Below are positions 1-14,729 of a stretch of DNA of 64,000 bases, piece after piece. A program made the position numbers and the translations under genes. Source of the stretch: Bigelowiella natans CCMP2755 (Eukaryota > Protista > Cercozoa); assembly GCA_000320545.1 (NCBI GenBank), contig ADNK01000283.1, positions 19,828 to 83,827 of the forward strand. Reading direction: 5' to 3'. Below the pieces are notes generated by a model, which made no database searches, was not told where the DNA came from, and saw only the letters and a program-made list of their open reading frames with translations. Positions within the stretch are counted from its first letter, which is position 1. The number at the start of each line of letters is the position of its first letter.

Positions 1-447
1 CTAATCACTAGAGGGAGACACTTTTCCAGGCTCATGCAAGTCATCTAGCTAGCTAGACATTCGATCTGCAAAATTGTTCGACATCATGCACTAATAATGA
101 GCCTTGTGCGCGCACAGTTTTCCATGCAACGTGTAGACATCGCATTGCGTGACGTTTCAAGTGTGGCATTGCACTGTGATGACCACCTTTAAATGAGCTA
201 CAAATGCTCTTAACCTAAAATGCAGGCTACTTTTTAAAGTGAAGTCGTGGAATGCAATGGAGCGCGCGGCTACACTCACATGGCATGCGCACGTGGAAGT
301 AGAGGCGTTGGACTAATTGACGATCCATGACAACGTGAACACTCGATTCTGTTGAGGTTCGAAGTGTGATTTAACTACGAGACACTAGCCTCTGCAGTTG
401 CTCTGATGAAACTCTGACCTGTTTTATTGCAATTTTATTTTTATAAT

Positions 448-852
448 TTATCCCATCCCTGGCCCTCTGAACAACATGTGCATCCAAGCGCCATGAGGCT
501 TTAGTTCGCGCTGGATTTCAGCAACGCTAAAAGTTCCTTCCCCGAAAAACTTGGTTCCAGTCTTCGCCTTAGCCTCCTCATCCTACGGGGAAAATGCACG
601 TATTCATCTTCGATAACTTGAAAATCCCTTTTCCTTATTCAAAACTATTTCACAAAGGCCATTCAAGTAGGCACCTTTTTCGGTGGAGCTGCACCGGGGA
701 TGGTTCCCCCTGTAAGCATGATGCATCCCATGGCGATCGTGTACGATGGAAGTATTACGAAGTACGTTTGGTTTCCGAGCACCACAGGCGTGTAAAATTC
801 AGCTCAACCATGGATTCCAAGCCAAGAATTGTAATACATCCTCTATTTCCCT
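448..852 (-). CDS. Small hypothetical protein (3' exons only; 5' end unresolved)
   Basis: Three minus-strand exons join in frame at GT-AG junctions: EIEDVLQFLAWNPW|GTIPGAAPPKK|DEEAKAKTGTKFFGEGTFSVAEIQRELKPHGAWMHMLFRGPGMG*, stop at 448-450. No family recognised. Confidence 0.45.
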
Positions 853-1234
853 GCATTTAGGTGATGTATTACATCAACTTTAAATTTTTGAGGGAAAAAG
901 ACGCTATTGCTGTACATTGCAATGGTGTTCATATCATTACATGTAAATTCAGCCCTCCAATGGTATTCCGCTTACATGCATGTACCCTATTTGGTCACAT
1001 CAAGGTGATTTCACCGGCAACGCGCCACAGCTGAAAGCCGAAAATGATTGTCGTTCTTTCGTAAAAACACTGATTAATTTTTCGGGATAAAAGGAAAAGG
1101 AGATTCAAGATTTATTCCTTCTGTACCGGGATTCCGGTTTTTTCCCTGTTTCGAAGCCACCTCCTCAGTAAGCCGACGTGCAAGCGACGAGACGACTCCG
1201 GTACGGCTACGACCATCTCTAACCTCAGACAAAG

Positions 1235-2579
1235 ATGCAGACCCGCTCACGCCCCTCGATCTGCCCAAGATGCTCAAGCGCGTTTCCTCTGTTAGTTGCG
1301 GTGAGTTTGTTCGGAATAGCGAAACTCTCCTCAACGTCACCGAAGAGGAATCTTCTGCAACCTGTTAAGAGCGCGAGGTTTGGGGTGCGTGCTGAGGCAT
1401 CTTGCGGTAGATCCAGACAACATTTCAAAGTCCTTAGATTTCGTAAAATGAATATTTATACGCCTTATTAGGAAAAGCAAGGCCGTTGAAGAGGCGCCAA
1501 TTGGGAAGGGGTACTTCTGCAATGTTTCTCGCAGGTATGTGCCCAATTTAATCGATAAAAGTCTCATCGTATGACAGAATTCCAATCATAACCTGGACAA
1601 CTTGATGAAGCTAGTACTTCTGCAACCATATATTATTTAGGACTCTCAAGGGGCATTTTACCGAAAGATGTAGCGGCCTTAGACTTCTCATTGCCTTCTG
1701 GCGGCTCTGGTAAGGGTTCAGATGCTCTGCCTGGAAAAATTCGTGGGAAAGATAATACTTGGGAAATTACCATTCCAGGAAAATTCGAACGAGAAGGTAG
1801 CCTTGCATCCCCCCAAAGCCATCCTTAGTTGTCAACAATAATATATGAAACCTTAATACAGGAGAGAGCCTATTGAACAAGTTCGCAGGCAATCACGTGG
1901 AACAACACAAGTAATCTTTGGATTTTGAATGAATGCTACTCTGGATATCTCAACTTTTCTCTCTTTGTAGATACATTAGCACCGAAAAGCCCAAATATGA
2001 AGTGCTGGTGACGGAGGATTCTTTCCCTGAGGGATTCAAGTAGAAAACTAATTCCGATCCTTTCCATTCTATCAAATAAATTTGAAACGTGTTCATAGAA
2101 TTCCAAGTTTAGAAGATTTGGCAGAAAGAACTGTGGACAATGAGAAGGCAAGGACTCTTTTGAGAGCTTCTGTGACACGTCGTCCTAATCTTTGTTTTGC
2201 TATAGGGAAAAACCTACGTTGATGACGTCGAATTGCTAGGGTTAGATTCTGCAACAAGGAATGGAGTAGAATATCGGGATATTCGGTATCTCAAATATAA
2301 TAGAACTGAAGCCATACAGACTGAATCATTTTTATGATATCATTTAAAGCTATATGGTGACAACCCCAAGAGATGAAGACCGCTTCTTCGGTATTTCGGC
2401 CACAAAGAATGGGAGACTTTATTCTCTCCAGGTGCCCAACATTCTAACGATTACAATTATTTTCCTGTCCATCATAATTTCAGTCATATACAAATACTTA
2501 GATTCGAGTTCGCAATCGGGATTACGAAAGGTTCTCATCTACGATCGATGAGATAATTTCAAGTTTCAAGATCATGTAA
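1235..2579 (+). CDS. PsbP-domain thylakoid lumen protein with signal + transit + TAT leader (9 exons)
   Basis: Exons ~1235-1406, 1472-1534, 1641-1796, 1862-1910, 1980-2039, 2099-2147 (GC donor), 2206-2285, 2350-2431 and 2502-2579 splice in frame. Leader: hydrophobic FPLLVAVSLFGIA, R/S-rich transit segment, then LKRRQ...MFLAGL...DVAA (twin-arginine + AxA-like site). C-terminus GVEYRDIRYMV...KNGRLYSLQIRV...DEIISSFKIM* matches the PsbP family ending. Confidence 0.8.
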
Positions 2580-3445
2580 TGCCGCAAGCATGGAGCTATT
2601 CGATGGATTTACATCGAAGGTTCTGCTATTAGCTTGCTTAGACACTTCCAGGGTTCTTCCTCACAATTTCGATACAGTGGGCCCCAAAAAAAGTAATTAT
2701 GAACATGGTACGAACATACCAGCTGTGATGCATGCACGATCGTGTGTACACCAATTTATATCGTGTTACAATTGTGTTGACATGCATGCGTGTGGTACCC
2801 ATGCAGTAGCAAATTACTAAGAAAATGCATACACCTGTGATGTGTGCACGCACATGCTGCATCCGCTGCGTTATAACGTTGTCATATGAAAGCTGTAATG
2901 TAGCGCTGAGCATTCACAATACAAAGACACAAAGATGTCCATAGACATCTGTGTCTTTCTGAGCGTATGTGAAAGCTTGCCTATGGAGTCAACCTTTTTC
3001 ACTGCGCACGCACTGCTAGACTGCGGCTAGTGATTGTATAAATCACGTCAAGATGTTCATATGTCGTTGCCTGGTAGCACTATAGTACACCGAAAAATCA
3101 TCGTCCTTTGCTCATTTGCAGAGCAACAATAAAAATTTCAACAAGCGAGTCAGTCACATGCAAGTAAATTATGGGCCCATCATGATAGTCAACGATGCGA
3201 TGTCAGATGCGACCGTACACACACAAAGAAAGGGTGTTAAGGAACGTACGATGGTGGGTGCTCAACCTGCGTCACAGCATATCAATACGACAAAGCAAGA
3301 TGAGCAATAAGATGTGGCGATCAGGACCAGCATGCCATATGTATAGCTGCATCATATTCTGTCTGGGACGCGTTGACATCCAGCTTTACATGTGTCTAGA
3401 TTTTCGTTAGCCCGCATTCCACTACCATGATGATAAAAAGCCATT

Positions 3446-5057
3446 TCACGATGCCATCTTCTGAATTCCATGCACTAGACTAGGAGTACATCTAGGCATT
3501 GTTGCTTTCCTTGTTTTACACATAGCCATAGCTGTGCGCTTCCATGCACTAACAAACTTATACCTGCTGATACTACGAATGGTTTTTTCCGTGGGGAACG
3601 ACGGTCCCATTGAAATGTGTGGAAGCAAATGTAAGGAAAAACATCCAGAGTATACAAGCAGCGCCCACCATCGAACACCTGAACAACGATGCATATTGTG
3701 AGTCTTGCATATAATTTAGTTATTTCGAAATTAATTTTCGAAAATCGCAGGATGAATCATAACGGAGAAGGAAAACCTGAGAGTTCCTTTCATACCTGTC
3801 AAATACTATATCTGGTGGTAGTGAAAGGTCGCCATTTGCACGACGGTTTTCTAGCAACTGGCGGAAAAGGAATAAAAGTAAAGATATGCAAACTAGGGCC
3901 TCTATCATAATACTTCGAACTAGAGCACTAAGCATACATGAAGTAGTTCGCTGGTCTATGACTATTGATACAGAATAGGATTTACCATCATGGCAAATGT
4001 CACGATGCCAAAGAATATCAAGCACAGCGCGAAACCTTTTTTAGTGAAACAGAATTGCATATTTATTGTCAACCACAATTATACAAAAAAGAATACCCTC
4101 GCTTGCAGCCGATTTGTTATTAAATGCTAATATAATGTAATTGGCATTTTAGTTATCTTACGAAGAAGGGCAAACAAATTAATTTTAAATATATCGATTA
4201 TACTGTAGTAGAAGATGGCAGCCCCAGCAAATGTGACGAAGGAGAAAACCAGCATGAGGGAAACTCGCCTACAAACACCGAGTAACAACAACACAGAATA
4301 ATTGTGAATCGAGAGCACTCTAAATGTTGCTGGTTGTCTATTCCATGCAAAGAAATTGACTAAGACAGATGGGCCAACCAACCACTGCCTTCTTATCCAT
4401 ACAGCCTGGAAATAGCACTCCCACTCTGTTGCCGTAGCTATTGAAGACTAAATTTTAGAAATGTGGGTTATGTTGCATGTAGCAGATGAGTGGATTTTGG
4501 GATCTTTCACATGGCGTGTTATCTTGATACTAAAATGATTCCAGCAGACCGGTAAAATGATGACATTATCTTTCTCCACCAAATTATCGTTTCCTTTCTC
4601 CTCTTCACATGGCTCGTGAGAGGCATTTGGGGCTACTTCGTATCCATTGCTACCGCGCCTCAGGACCATTCGAGCTCTTCGAATCCATCGCATACAACGG
4701 GATGGAGTGTTTATTGGTTTTGATGTAGTCGTGCCATGATTTACTTGCACAGACACATCCGTTGTGTTGAAATTTGATAAATCAACAGAGTCCGACGATA
4801 AGCGATTACCCGAGGTAGATTTACATTCAACTCCATCCGATTCTTGTTCTGGATATTTTGGTGTTATTTGTGAGCATTATGTGGGTGAGTTTCATTGTTC
4901 TGGAGCGTGTGCGATGCTTGTTTCATGTACCTTCTCCATTACCAATCGGACAGGATACTTCAACGCCCTCATCAGACGCTTTTAGGCTCGGTGCTGCCGG
5001 AGGTTCTCCCGCCATCTTTATATTTTTCTGGGCGATGTGGGCTTTGAGGGCTGCCAT
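3446..5057 (-). CDS. Hypothetical multi-pass membrane protein (3' part uncertain)
   Basis: Spliceable exons MAALKAHIAQKNIKMAGEPP..., ...EKDNVIILP|SSIATATEWECYFQAVWIRRQW|RVSLMLVFSFVTFAGAAIFYY and a probable CFALCLIFFGIVTFAMM give hydrophobic segments. Exons below ~3990 are tentative. Confidence 0.4.
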
Positions 5058-5477
5058 GAAAAGCTCCTATGTACTGTGCATATCCCACACTTACGACATT
5101 ATTCTTGGTTTGTCGTCCTCTAAATTACAAGAGAATCACCAACAACCAGAAAACTATTCATCGAATTAATTACGACAACATACTATGATTGTCGCAGACT
5201 GAAACAGGATCTGCACTCTAATTTTGGCAAAAACAACTGAACTGAGAGTGACAGATTCTCAAAACTGGCTCTCACAGTTTCTTCTCATCTAAGCGTTTCG
5301 GCCCTTTTAAATCGGAAAAAGTTCTTCCAAAAGGGGATGCATTTATGCTTAAAATCGCAGGTTCGAGGCAAGAAAACTGTAGAAAATCGCGCTGCGTTCC
5401 CCGATGTTCAACACAAAAACAGAACGAACGCCGAACCACGAGATCTGCCCCAACCCGTGAGACAGCTGATAGACACG

Positions 5478-5826
5478 ATGGTTGTTCCAGACAACGGGCA
5501 GGTAGATGTTCATATCCTCATGTTAATAGCAGCGCTCTATGCCTCATAAAGTCTGTCCTGCACTTGGTGATTGAAAGGGCACGAGGACGGCTTTTCGACG
5601 GGAGGAAGCGAAGGGGGAGTTTGAAGGTGTAACACACAGAAGCTGCTGCCGGCACAAAAACCCACTGCCTAGTGTCCATTAATTCTATCTTGGTAGCTAA
5701 TAAGCCATCAAATACATATATAATTTCCAGCAACAGAAACGAAACGTTCGGAACGAGGGCTGATGTGGTTTCAGGACAAAATGGAAGATGGGTCATATAG
5801 ACAGCTCTCCTTCTTCTTCTTCTTCT

Positions 5827-5906
<80 letters not shown>

Positions 5907-7489
5907 TACACGTGTAACCACGAGTGTATGGTGTATGCACGCATGTGGTTAGTGTGTGCGCATATCTTATAAATACGAAATCACCTCGTAGGGAAAAATT
6001 GTTAGCGATGATTTGCAAGCAACTATATCAGCCACACGAATACATGCGCGAGAGGACCAATCTTGATTGAACATTTACACTACAGATTTGATTGGCTAGG
6101 GCGAATGTGCGCAGAAAAGCCGTGGATCGTAATCTTGACGAGCTTGATCGTGTGTCTTCTATGCTCCATTGGATTCATTCGGTGGACACCCGAATCGCGT
6201 CCAGAAGAGCTCTGGTCATACTTGATTACTATAACATAGATGCATAATGCTTACCGGCTTGAAGAATGATGATAGTGATGATAATGAAGATGTGGATAAA
6301 TATTGTGACGACAATGCTGAGTCAGAAAACGCACACGGAGCACTCAGAGCGTTGATGTTCTTACCATCCATGTGCACACTCCCTCGCCACATCATCGTAA
6401 CCCTGAGCACTTTTATGCCTAGGGTATCTCAAAACACAGATGCTGTGCGTGATAACGACTACGTGAAGGATAGGTGGAGTTATGAGCCAAGGTCACACCT
6501 GCAGATGTGTGTGGTCATAACATATATGTATAAGAAGAGCATTATAAATTTCATTTATAAGCCATCGGAACAGGTTCATTCCTCACTAATTGTCGTCGCT
6601 GTCTCCTCTCTGCTGTCTCTGTGATATCGTCGTCATTTAGATTCAACGCTTTCTACTCAAAAGTGGAGAGTGGGCAGTTGCTAACGCCAGAGTCTATGCA
6701 GAAGCTAAATGACTTGTACAAAGCAATAGATGAATAGAGAGAGAGTGATGGGGGATAAATAAAGAGGAGAGGGGAGGAGGAGGATATTTCTGTGTTGAAA
6801 ATACATCAAATCCCAACTTACGAAGATCAAACAACTCCTTCAAAGGCACTCGCAGACAATGGCGATAAACGTTTCTGCACAGTCCGATCAGGACAAATTT
6901 CCAGGTGAATGCCATGCCTCGATGATGCGAATACCGAACGAGACTTTGAAGGAACAGGGTTGAAAAGATATCAATATGGATCAATGCCACTATCAATCCC
7001 GCAATCGTGTAGTCGCCACCACTGTTTCCGTCGCTATGGTGCCATGTCTTCGCGATTTCCTTTGATCGGTTTTCTTGATCTTTGTTCCTTGTCTTCTCTT
7101 CTTTTTCTTGATTCATGCAGGCCAGTGGGACTTCGAGCGTGCGTGTTTTCGGCAGGGCCAGTACTGTATGCTGTACAGCCCGCTGACGTTATTTGATTTC
7201 AATTCCACGCTCATCGCGTCTCTGACGCAGGGCGAAATTGATCGAAGATACAATGACAGTACCTACTACAAAACTCGGTAGTGAATGCCTTGCAATACAC
7301 GTACAATCCACTCGCAGAACTTATGCACACCTTTTGGCTGCTTGTGAAAGAACATCAAAAAGGAAAACAAGTGCACCCATATCACCACATGTTTTGGACA
7401 GGTTTGGTCGCCAACTGACTCAAAACGACTTATTCGGTGAAATGATGATGAGTGTGATAACAGCTACTTGAATAATCCAAAACGTTAAT

Positions 7490-7528
<39 letters not shown>

Positions 7529-7922
7529 ATAGAGTAGTACATACATTTATTTTGAGAAAAAATAAGTGGTAAGGTACAGGCGAGTCTTTCAAGATTGTTA
7601 TTATTATATATAGGGTTCGAAAATGGAAATCTTGTTGCTTTCAGGTGCGTTTACGGTTCTTAAAGAACTCAATTGCATATCTGAGAACCCCATTTAATAC
7701 TTTTTGTAGTCGTGCTTATTATCGTAGAATAGTTTGTGTATGTAAGTGTGTGTGTGCTTATGTGCGTGCGTATGCTTGATATCAATTCTGTTTTTCTTTC
7801 TCTGTCTCTTTCATCCTCACTATCATTGGCTAGAGGAGTATACGTGCTCGATCAGCATGTCGTTCTCAAAGATAACGCGTAAAAGATATAAACCGTTAAC
7901 ATTACGATATCTAATGATATAA

Positions 7923-7956
<34 letters not shown>

Positions 7957-8059
7957 TAGCTTTCTATTCATCTGTTTCCTCCACGTTGCACCTAGCGTCT
8001 AATAGAATAAGGATTCAAACCAGATTGAGTTTCCTTCTGAGTTGTCTGATGAAAATTGA

Positions 8060-8120
<61 letters not shown>

Positions 8121-8901
8121 GGATACAGTCTGAGGTGAAGTAGAAAGAGAGACAACAACAGCAACAACAACAACAAAAAGGAAAGTCATATTTATCACTG
8201 TCTTCTACAGTATCATCATTTGCTTCTCCTATCCATATTTATTGAATCGATTGGTAGGTATGAAGATGTGGTAGGAGAGCCGTGGGAGCGGAAAGGAGTA
8301 AAGATTTATCGTTCTGATAATTCTCCTCTGGACACCGTTCCTGTCTTCACTGTCTCCTGGGTTGTTTATTGTAGCATCCTTGTTCTTCCAATTCCCCCCT
8401 CCTCATATTCATTATCACAATTTACGTATTGTCTGCCCGAAAACACTGCTGCGATGATGAGCAGCATGGAAGCATGAGGAATGCATCTATGTGTATATAC
8501 ATATGTATAGAATGGTCTTCATTTCCCCCCCCCCCCTCCTCTCTCTCTCTTGTGTGTGTATGTGCTTGTGTGTGTTCATTGGCGTGTTTCTACTTCCAGT
8601 CCGATGAGTTTTCCGCAGCAATCCAAGCGGACAGCTTCTCTATCGTCATTGCTTATCTTCTCATCATCGTATATCTCGCATGTAATCATCTTCGTCATTC
8701 ACATATCATCCGAATCCCCGCATATGTTACCGCACATGACAAAGGAAAAACAGCACAAACACGTGATAACGATGCTGTAGAGAGCTTTCAACGAAAGAAA
8801 GGACGAAAGCCAAATACACGCACATTTAGCGACGATCGAAGATAAACTATGTCCACACACATGGACACAAGACAAACACACACCGCACAAATCACGTATA
8901 A

Positions 8902-8949
<48 letters not shown>

Positions 8950-9153
8950 GCCATTTCGCTGCACGTTAGTCACGCTGGGGAGGAGAGATCCCGTTGATTG
9001 CATGGTAGGAGTATCATTCTGTGCAGTTTTGGGGTACTAGTAAAAGTAGTAGTAAGAATAGCAGTGGTAATATCAATGGGAGGAGGAGGATTGAAGGAGG
9101 AGGAGCTAACAAGCACGCTTTTAATAAAAATATTACTTTGTAGATATAAATTG

Positions 9154-9195
<42 letters not shown>

Positions 9196-9955
9196 TGTAT
9201 ATTTTTTCATGGATGACTCATGTTCCTACTGCTACTATCACCACTGAAGTATACATGCTATTGATTAAACAACAACAACACAAAAGTGTGGGAATGGCCC
9301 TTTGTGCATCCTGGGGACTGGCAGCTGGGTTTGGAGTGATATTTACGCCTCTCCATTTGAACATCCCGTTCCTTCTTGTCGGGCTTGGTAATTTTTTCCT
9401 CACCCGCCCTTCTTCCGCTACGACTTTGCGACAGAAGAACAGAGAGAAAGAGAGAGAGAGAGAGATAGAGGTGGGGCGGGGAGGGGAGGGTGGAAGGGGT
9501 TGGAAGGAGAGATCCTTTATTCTGACTTCATGGCTGCCTATAGTAACTGTCCGCTTTTCTGTTGCGGTTATTCTACTTCTGATATACAGGCGTGGACGAC
9601 GCGTTTATCTTAGTCACAGAGTTTCAGGTGCGTATCTCTCGCAACTCAACCCTTCAGACCGTCGTATCAATAGACATGCGACGCGTTTCGCCATTTCCTA
9701 TCATTTTTGCCTGTGCTTGTATGTGTCTCTCCAAGCGCGCACACACGCGCGCGCGCGCGCGCGCGTGTGTGTGTGTGTAGTGTGTTGTGTTCATTATAAA
9801 TTAAATGTAGTGTTTTATCAAATATCGTTTGGGTTTTGGTCCTTAATTTGCAGAGGGCGTCGCAGAAAGGGCAGGGCAAGACGGAAGCGATGAGAACGGC
9901 CATGCGTGTTGGGGTATGAAAGAATGCATAAACATCACAAAAAACAGTAGTAGTG

Positions 9956-9992
<37 letters not shown>

Positions 9993-10525
9993 CCGTAGTA
10001 GCAGGAGTAATTCTCGTTATCAAAGCCATCTGTCACTGTTGATGATGCTGTCTCGCAATAGGATCGTACTTTAAAAAAATTCTGGGCTTCTTCTTACCAC
10101 CTTTTTCGCCCCATCCATGTCCTCAGGGAATGTCGATCTTCATCACGTCGCTCACTGACTTTCTTGCGTTTGCCATCGGTGAGACTTCTCACTAGATCAT
10201 TAAACCCCGAACGAACGATGAGTATGTAGTTGATAAAGTTTGCACCACTCCGTTTCTGTGTGAATGAATGCTGATAATCTCGTCTTTTTAAGTCTGGCTT
10301 GTTTCCTCTCTCTTCTCTCTTCTCATCTCTGCTCACATCTGCTTGTTCTCCCCCCCCCTCTTTTTAATAGGTTCGACGACACAACTACCTGCGCTAAGTG
10401 CATTTTGCGTTTATGCTGGCCTCGGAGTGATCTTCGATTTCTTCTTCCAAGTACCAACATATAAACAGAAGAACAACAACAGCAAGAGCAGCAGCAGCGA
10501 CAACATAAACTCGAAACACACACAT

Positions 10526-10556
<31 letters not shown>

Positions 10557-10957
10557 TATGCACACAGAGATAAGAGGGCGGGTAGTACGCAACACGCACC
10601 GTTTTTTATGTAACCGTGTGTGTGCATGACGCCGGGACAAAGCGCCCTCGCAGCTCTGATAACATATATGAGATTTCTGCTCGTTGAGTAGATATAGGTG
10701 CGAATAAGGTCTTAAATTTGTCGTTATAATTACTGTCAGGTGACATTCTTCATGGCGTGTGTGTCGTTGAATGCGTCTCGCTCTGAAAACCAGCGTCGTG
10801 ATTGTATCTGCTGCTTCCGCGCTAAGAGCGAGCCCGATCACATCCCGTACCAAACGCCAGCAAGGGGCTGCTGCTGCTTTAAATGCACTTCCGATGTGCG
10901 TGCGTGCTAAGAACACGATCACGATGACAATAATGATGGTTCCCACGTACGTGGGGA

Positions 10958-11022
<65 letters not shown>

Positions 11023-13729
11023 GTGTGTGCGCGCGCGCGGTATGCTTTGCAGCAACCTGAAACAAGCCTAATTTTCATTTCGACACAGAAACATTATACG
11101 CATCGCTCTCTTTCATTGCTCCATTTCGCATGTACACGTAGGTCTTAGAACCCAACTTCAAGCGATACGCCAGTACCCTGGTCACATGGCCGTGTCGCGC
11201 ATTCATTTGTGCGTTGTTCTTGATATTTCTCGGGCTCTCTAGCAACGGCATCCACAGAATGGTGTTACCTACTACTGCTACCGCTACTAATACTGTTAGT
11301 TTTTAAGTCATCGCCGTCATCGCCCATCACCACATCATCATGAAAGAAGTCCGTATATGGACTTGAAGCAGCAATAAATGACTAACATTCCGCACCCTGC
11401 TCTACCGGCCTACTTACTACCAGCAAGTCAACTTCAAACTCGATTGGTTTCTGCCCGCTGATTCGTACCTCAATAAGGTCACGTGACTGATGCTATGTAG
11501 AAATAGTGTACGTCGCGAAGAGCTTCTTGGGGAGTCGATTGCGCTAACTTGCACATATTTTCCGCATAGGCATTCAAGTGGGAGAAGGATTACTTCGTGT
11601 CCTCAACCCCGTTTTACGTGTACATCAAGGTAAGTATACTCGGATGTTTATTATCGGCATGCGCGCCTGTTAGGTGCTGCTGTTGCCCCACCGAATAAAC
11701 ACGCTTATTTTTTGACGGTGGGATGAATCCAATGATGTGTTGTGGCTGTGCTTGTTGTGCTTGTTGTTTTTGTAATATTATTGTTGTTGTTTGTGATTGG
11801 GGACGGACATTGATTTACTAGGACGTCGACTACTACAACCGCCAAGTGGAGCTCAATCGAATTCAAACGTGTGTCGCCTTTTTTGTGTGATATTGGTGGC
11901 ATAACAGTATTAAAGTCGTTACCAGGATTACTTACTACGGTTCCCTTCCCCTTCCCCCTCCTCTTCCAACTGCCTCTGCTACCACCATCCGCTCTCTCAG
12001 ATTCTTGCAAACGTCTAAATGGATTGTGGAGCAATCAACTAGTTTTTGGTACATGACACAGATCCCGAACACGAAGATAGATAGAAGAAATTTGCAATCC
12101 CCCCCCCCCCCCGTCCTCACTCTCCTGTGACTCCTCCTCCTTCCTTTCTCCTTGGCCCTCCTTCATATCCGGTCGGCAACATCAGGTTCCCCGATTTCCT
12201 CTCATGGTGCAAGGACACAACACCGTACTCAAACTATTATCAAAACGGTAGTAAAGTACTTCGTGATCAGAGAAATGAACTTTTGCATGCAAGGGAGGGG
12301 GGGGGGGGGAGGTAGCGCATGACCTATGCTTGAATATACACAAAATGCGTTGGCACATAGACATACGCACAAATTACCAAACATCTTGATGTTGTTTTAA
12401 TTTCTTGATATACCATTGTACACATGAAATAACTAGTGTCTGGAATCGTCTCTTTGACGAATGAAACTCTATTCTACAATGGTCTCAGCACCTACATCAA
12501 TGTAAAGAAAATTGCCATCGCATTTGCTCTTGCTGTACTCTGTGAATGTTGTTGCTTGTGGCTATCGTTGATGCTGCTGCTGAAAATGAAGCGAACTTCA
12601 TTATCTTCCGTCTCTCTCTACACACCCCTCCCTCTCCCTCCCTGAAACGTGGCATTTGTTGTCTTCTCAATGGCACTAGAGCAATGGATCTAGGTATATC
12701 CGAGATATCCAATTCATTGATTCCAGCGACCCAACCAGGGTAAGGATCAAGAATCAGGGGGGGGGGGGGGGTGTCGACGTTAGAGAACGTTGTTTGAAGG
12801 CGGTAGGAGCTGTGGTACTGCGATGTTGTAATGGTTTCTTCTCCTGATTTCTCCTTTTGTCTATCATAGCGGTGGTGGAGATGTCGGATTAGGTGGTTTT
12901 TCTTTGCTCTCATTGCCGTCTTTGCCCTTTATTGCAGGGAATTCTAGCGTCTCGAGGCAGCGGTCAGATCTCGGTGACCGAATTCACGAATTCTGGGAAA
13001 GAAAAGTGCGTTGATCTGCTGGAAGCGCGACTCAAACCACACGCTTCCTCCCCCCTCCTCTCTCGCTGTGTGTGTTTGTATGTGTAGTATCTATGTGCAG
13101 CACAAAATATATCTAAAACATGTTATCATGTTGCTATAGATACAACACCAAATAACGAGGACTGACCGCGCGCGCGCGCGCGTGTGTGTATGTGTGTGCT
13201 TCCTTTGTGTGGCTTCGTTACATTGTTTTGATTTCTGTTACGCACTTTGGAGTGAAGAGATTTACATGTGAATATCGAGATGAAACATTCATGGTCTTGG
13301 CCATTTGCGATGACAGAAGAACATACACCAATGATGATCTTTCAAATTTATGGAGGAGGAGGGATCCACATTTGAAATGTTCTGATTCCCCCCCCTTCCC
13401 CCCCTATATGCTGGTAGATACGAGGCAATGACGGAGCTACGAAGCGAGTGCAACGACGCGATGAACTACAACGACGCACGTGTCTTCTCCAATAATTTCC
13501 TCTACTGGGAAGAGTAAATAATAACCGATCGACTTTGATAGATTATTATTATGACGATAGGGATAGGGGGGATGGTCATGATGATAATAGTATTGATGCT
13601 AAGAGTCTTTTAATTTCTCGTAAATAACACAATAATTTTCATTTGGAGAAAGTAGTTACGACCCCCTTATCCCGTCTTTTCCCTTCATATTTAACCACAT
13701 TCTTAATACTGTCTCTGTTGCTGCTGCTG

Positions 13730-13766
<37 letters not shown>

Positions 13767-13859
13767 GGTTTTCTCTAATCCGCGGAGAGTTGATACAAAA
13801 CATCCTCATCGCGGTGGCTGTGATGTTCATCATTGTCTTCGTTATGGTATCAAAGTTTT

Positions 13860-13892
<33 letters not shown>

Positions 13893-14677
13893 ATAGTATA
13901 GCAGTAATAATATAGCAGTAATAGTAGAAATAGTAGAAATACGGAGATGAAATGAGCGAATATGTCCTTAGTTCATTCTCAACCCCTTCTTTCCTTCCCC
14001 CGTCTCAGATCGTGCAGTGGCAGGTAGTACTTTCAGTGGCACTGGCAATTGGGGCGACCATAATCAACACCCTGGGAATGTCCTACTACTGGGGGGTTGA
14101 GCTCAATAGCGTCGTGACAATATTCGTCCTTATCTCCATCGGTCTCTCCGTCGACTATAGCGCACACATCGGGCACACGTTCAAAGAGTCATACGGTAGT
14201 GGGTGTCTGTCGGTAGTTGCGGTATATAATTGATGCTGGGTGAAACGACGAGGAGGGCGCTGTTTACCTGTAATGGCGGTGCGATGAGCATAGAGTACTC
14301 GGAGATTGCCTTACGTTATTTTTGTTCAATAAGGAACGTCGATCGAACGCGCGGTGAAAGCATTGACTAACACGGGTGTTGCCTTTGGATGAAAACAATA
14401 GTATAGCACGCTCTTTTTAACACGACACGACACACACACACACACACGCACAAGCGCGCGCGCGCGCACGTACATGCATATGCACACATGAATTATATGT
14501 GTTTTTTTAATTTGACTTGGGATGTGTTGTGTGATTGTGGCGGTAGGACCTCCTGTGTTCAATGCAATATTTTCCACCTTCATCGCAATTTTGGTGCTAG
14601 CGAACTCAAAGACGTACATTTACAAGGTGGTGGGCAAGTGTTGTTGTTGTTGTTGTTGTTGTTGTTGTAGTTTTTGA

Positions 14678-14729
<52 letters not shown>

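Noticed and set aside
1074-1585. Minus-strand ORFs 1074-1340 and 1337-1585
   Set aside because: They overlap the better-supported plus-strand PsbP leader exons and show no recognisable motifs.
5518-11148. Long ORF-track entries with YIYIYI, CVCVCV, THTHTH, ERERER
   Set aside because: Translations of intronic microsatellites, not proteins.
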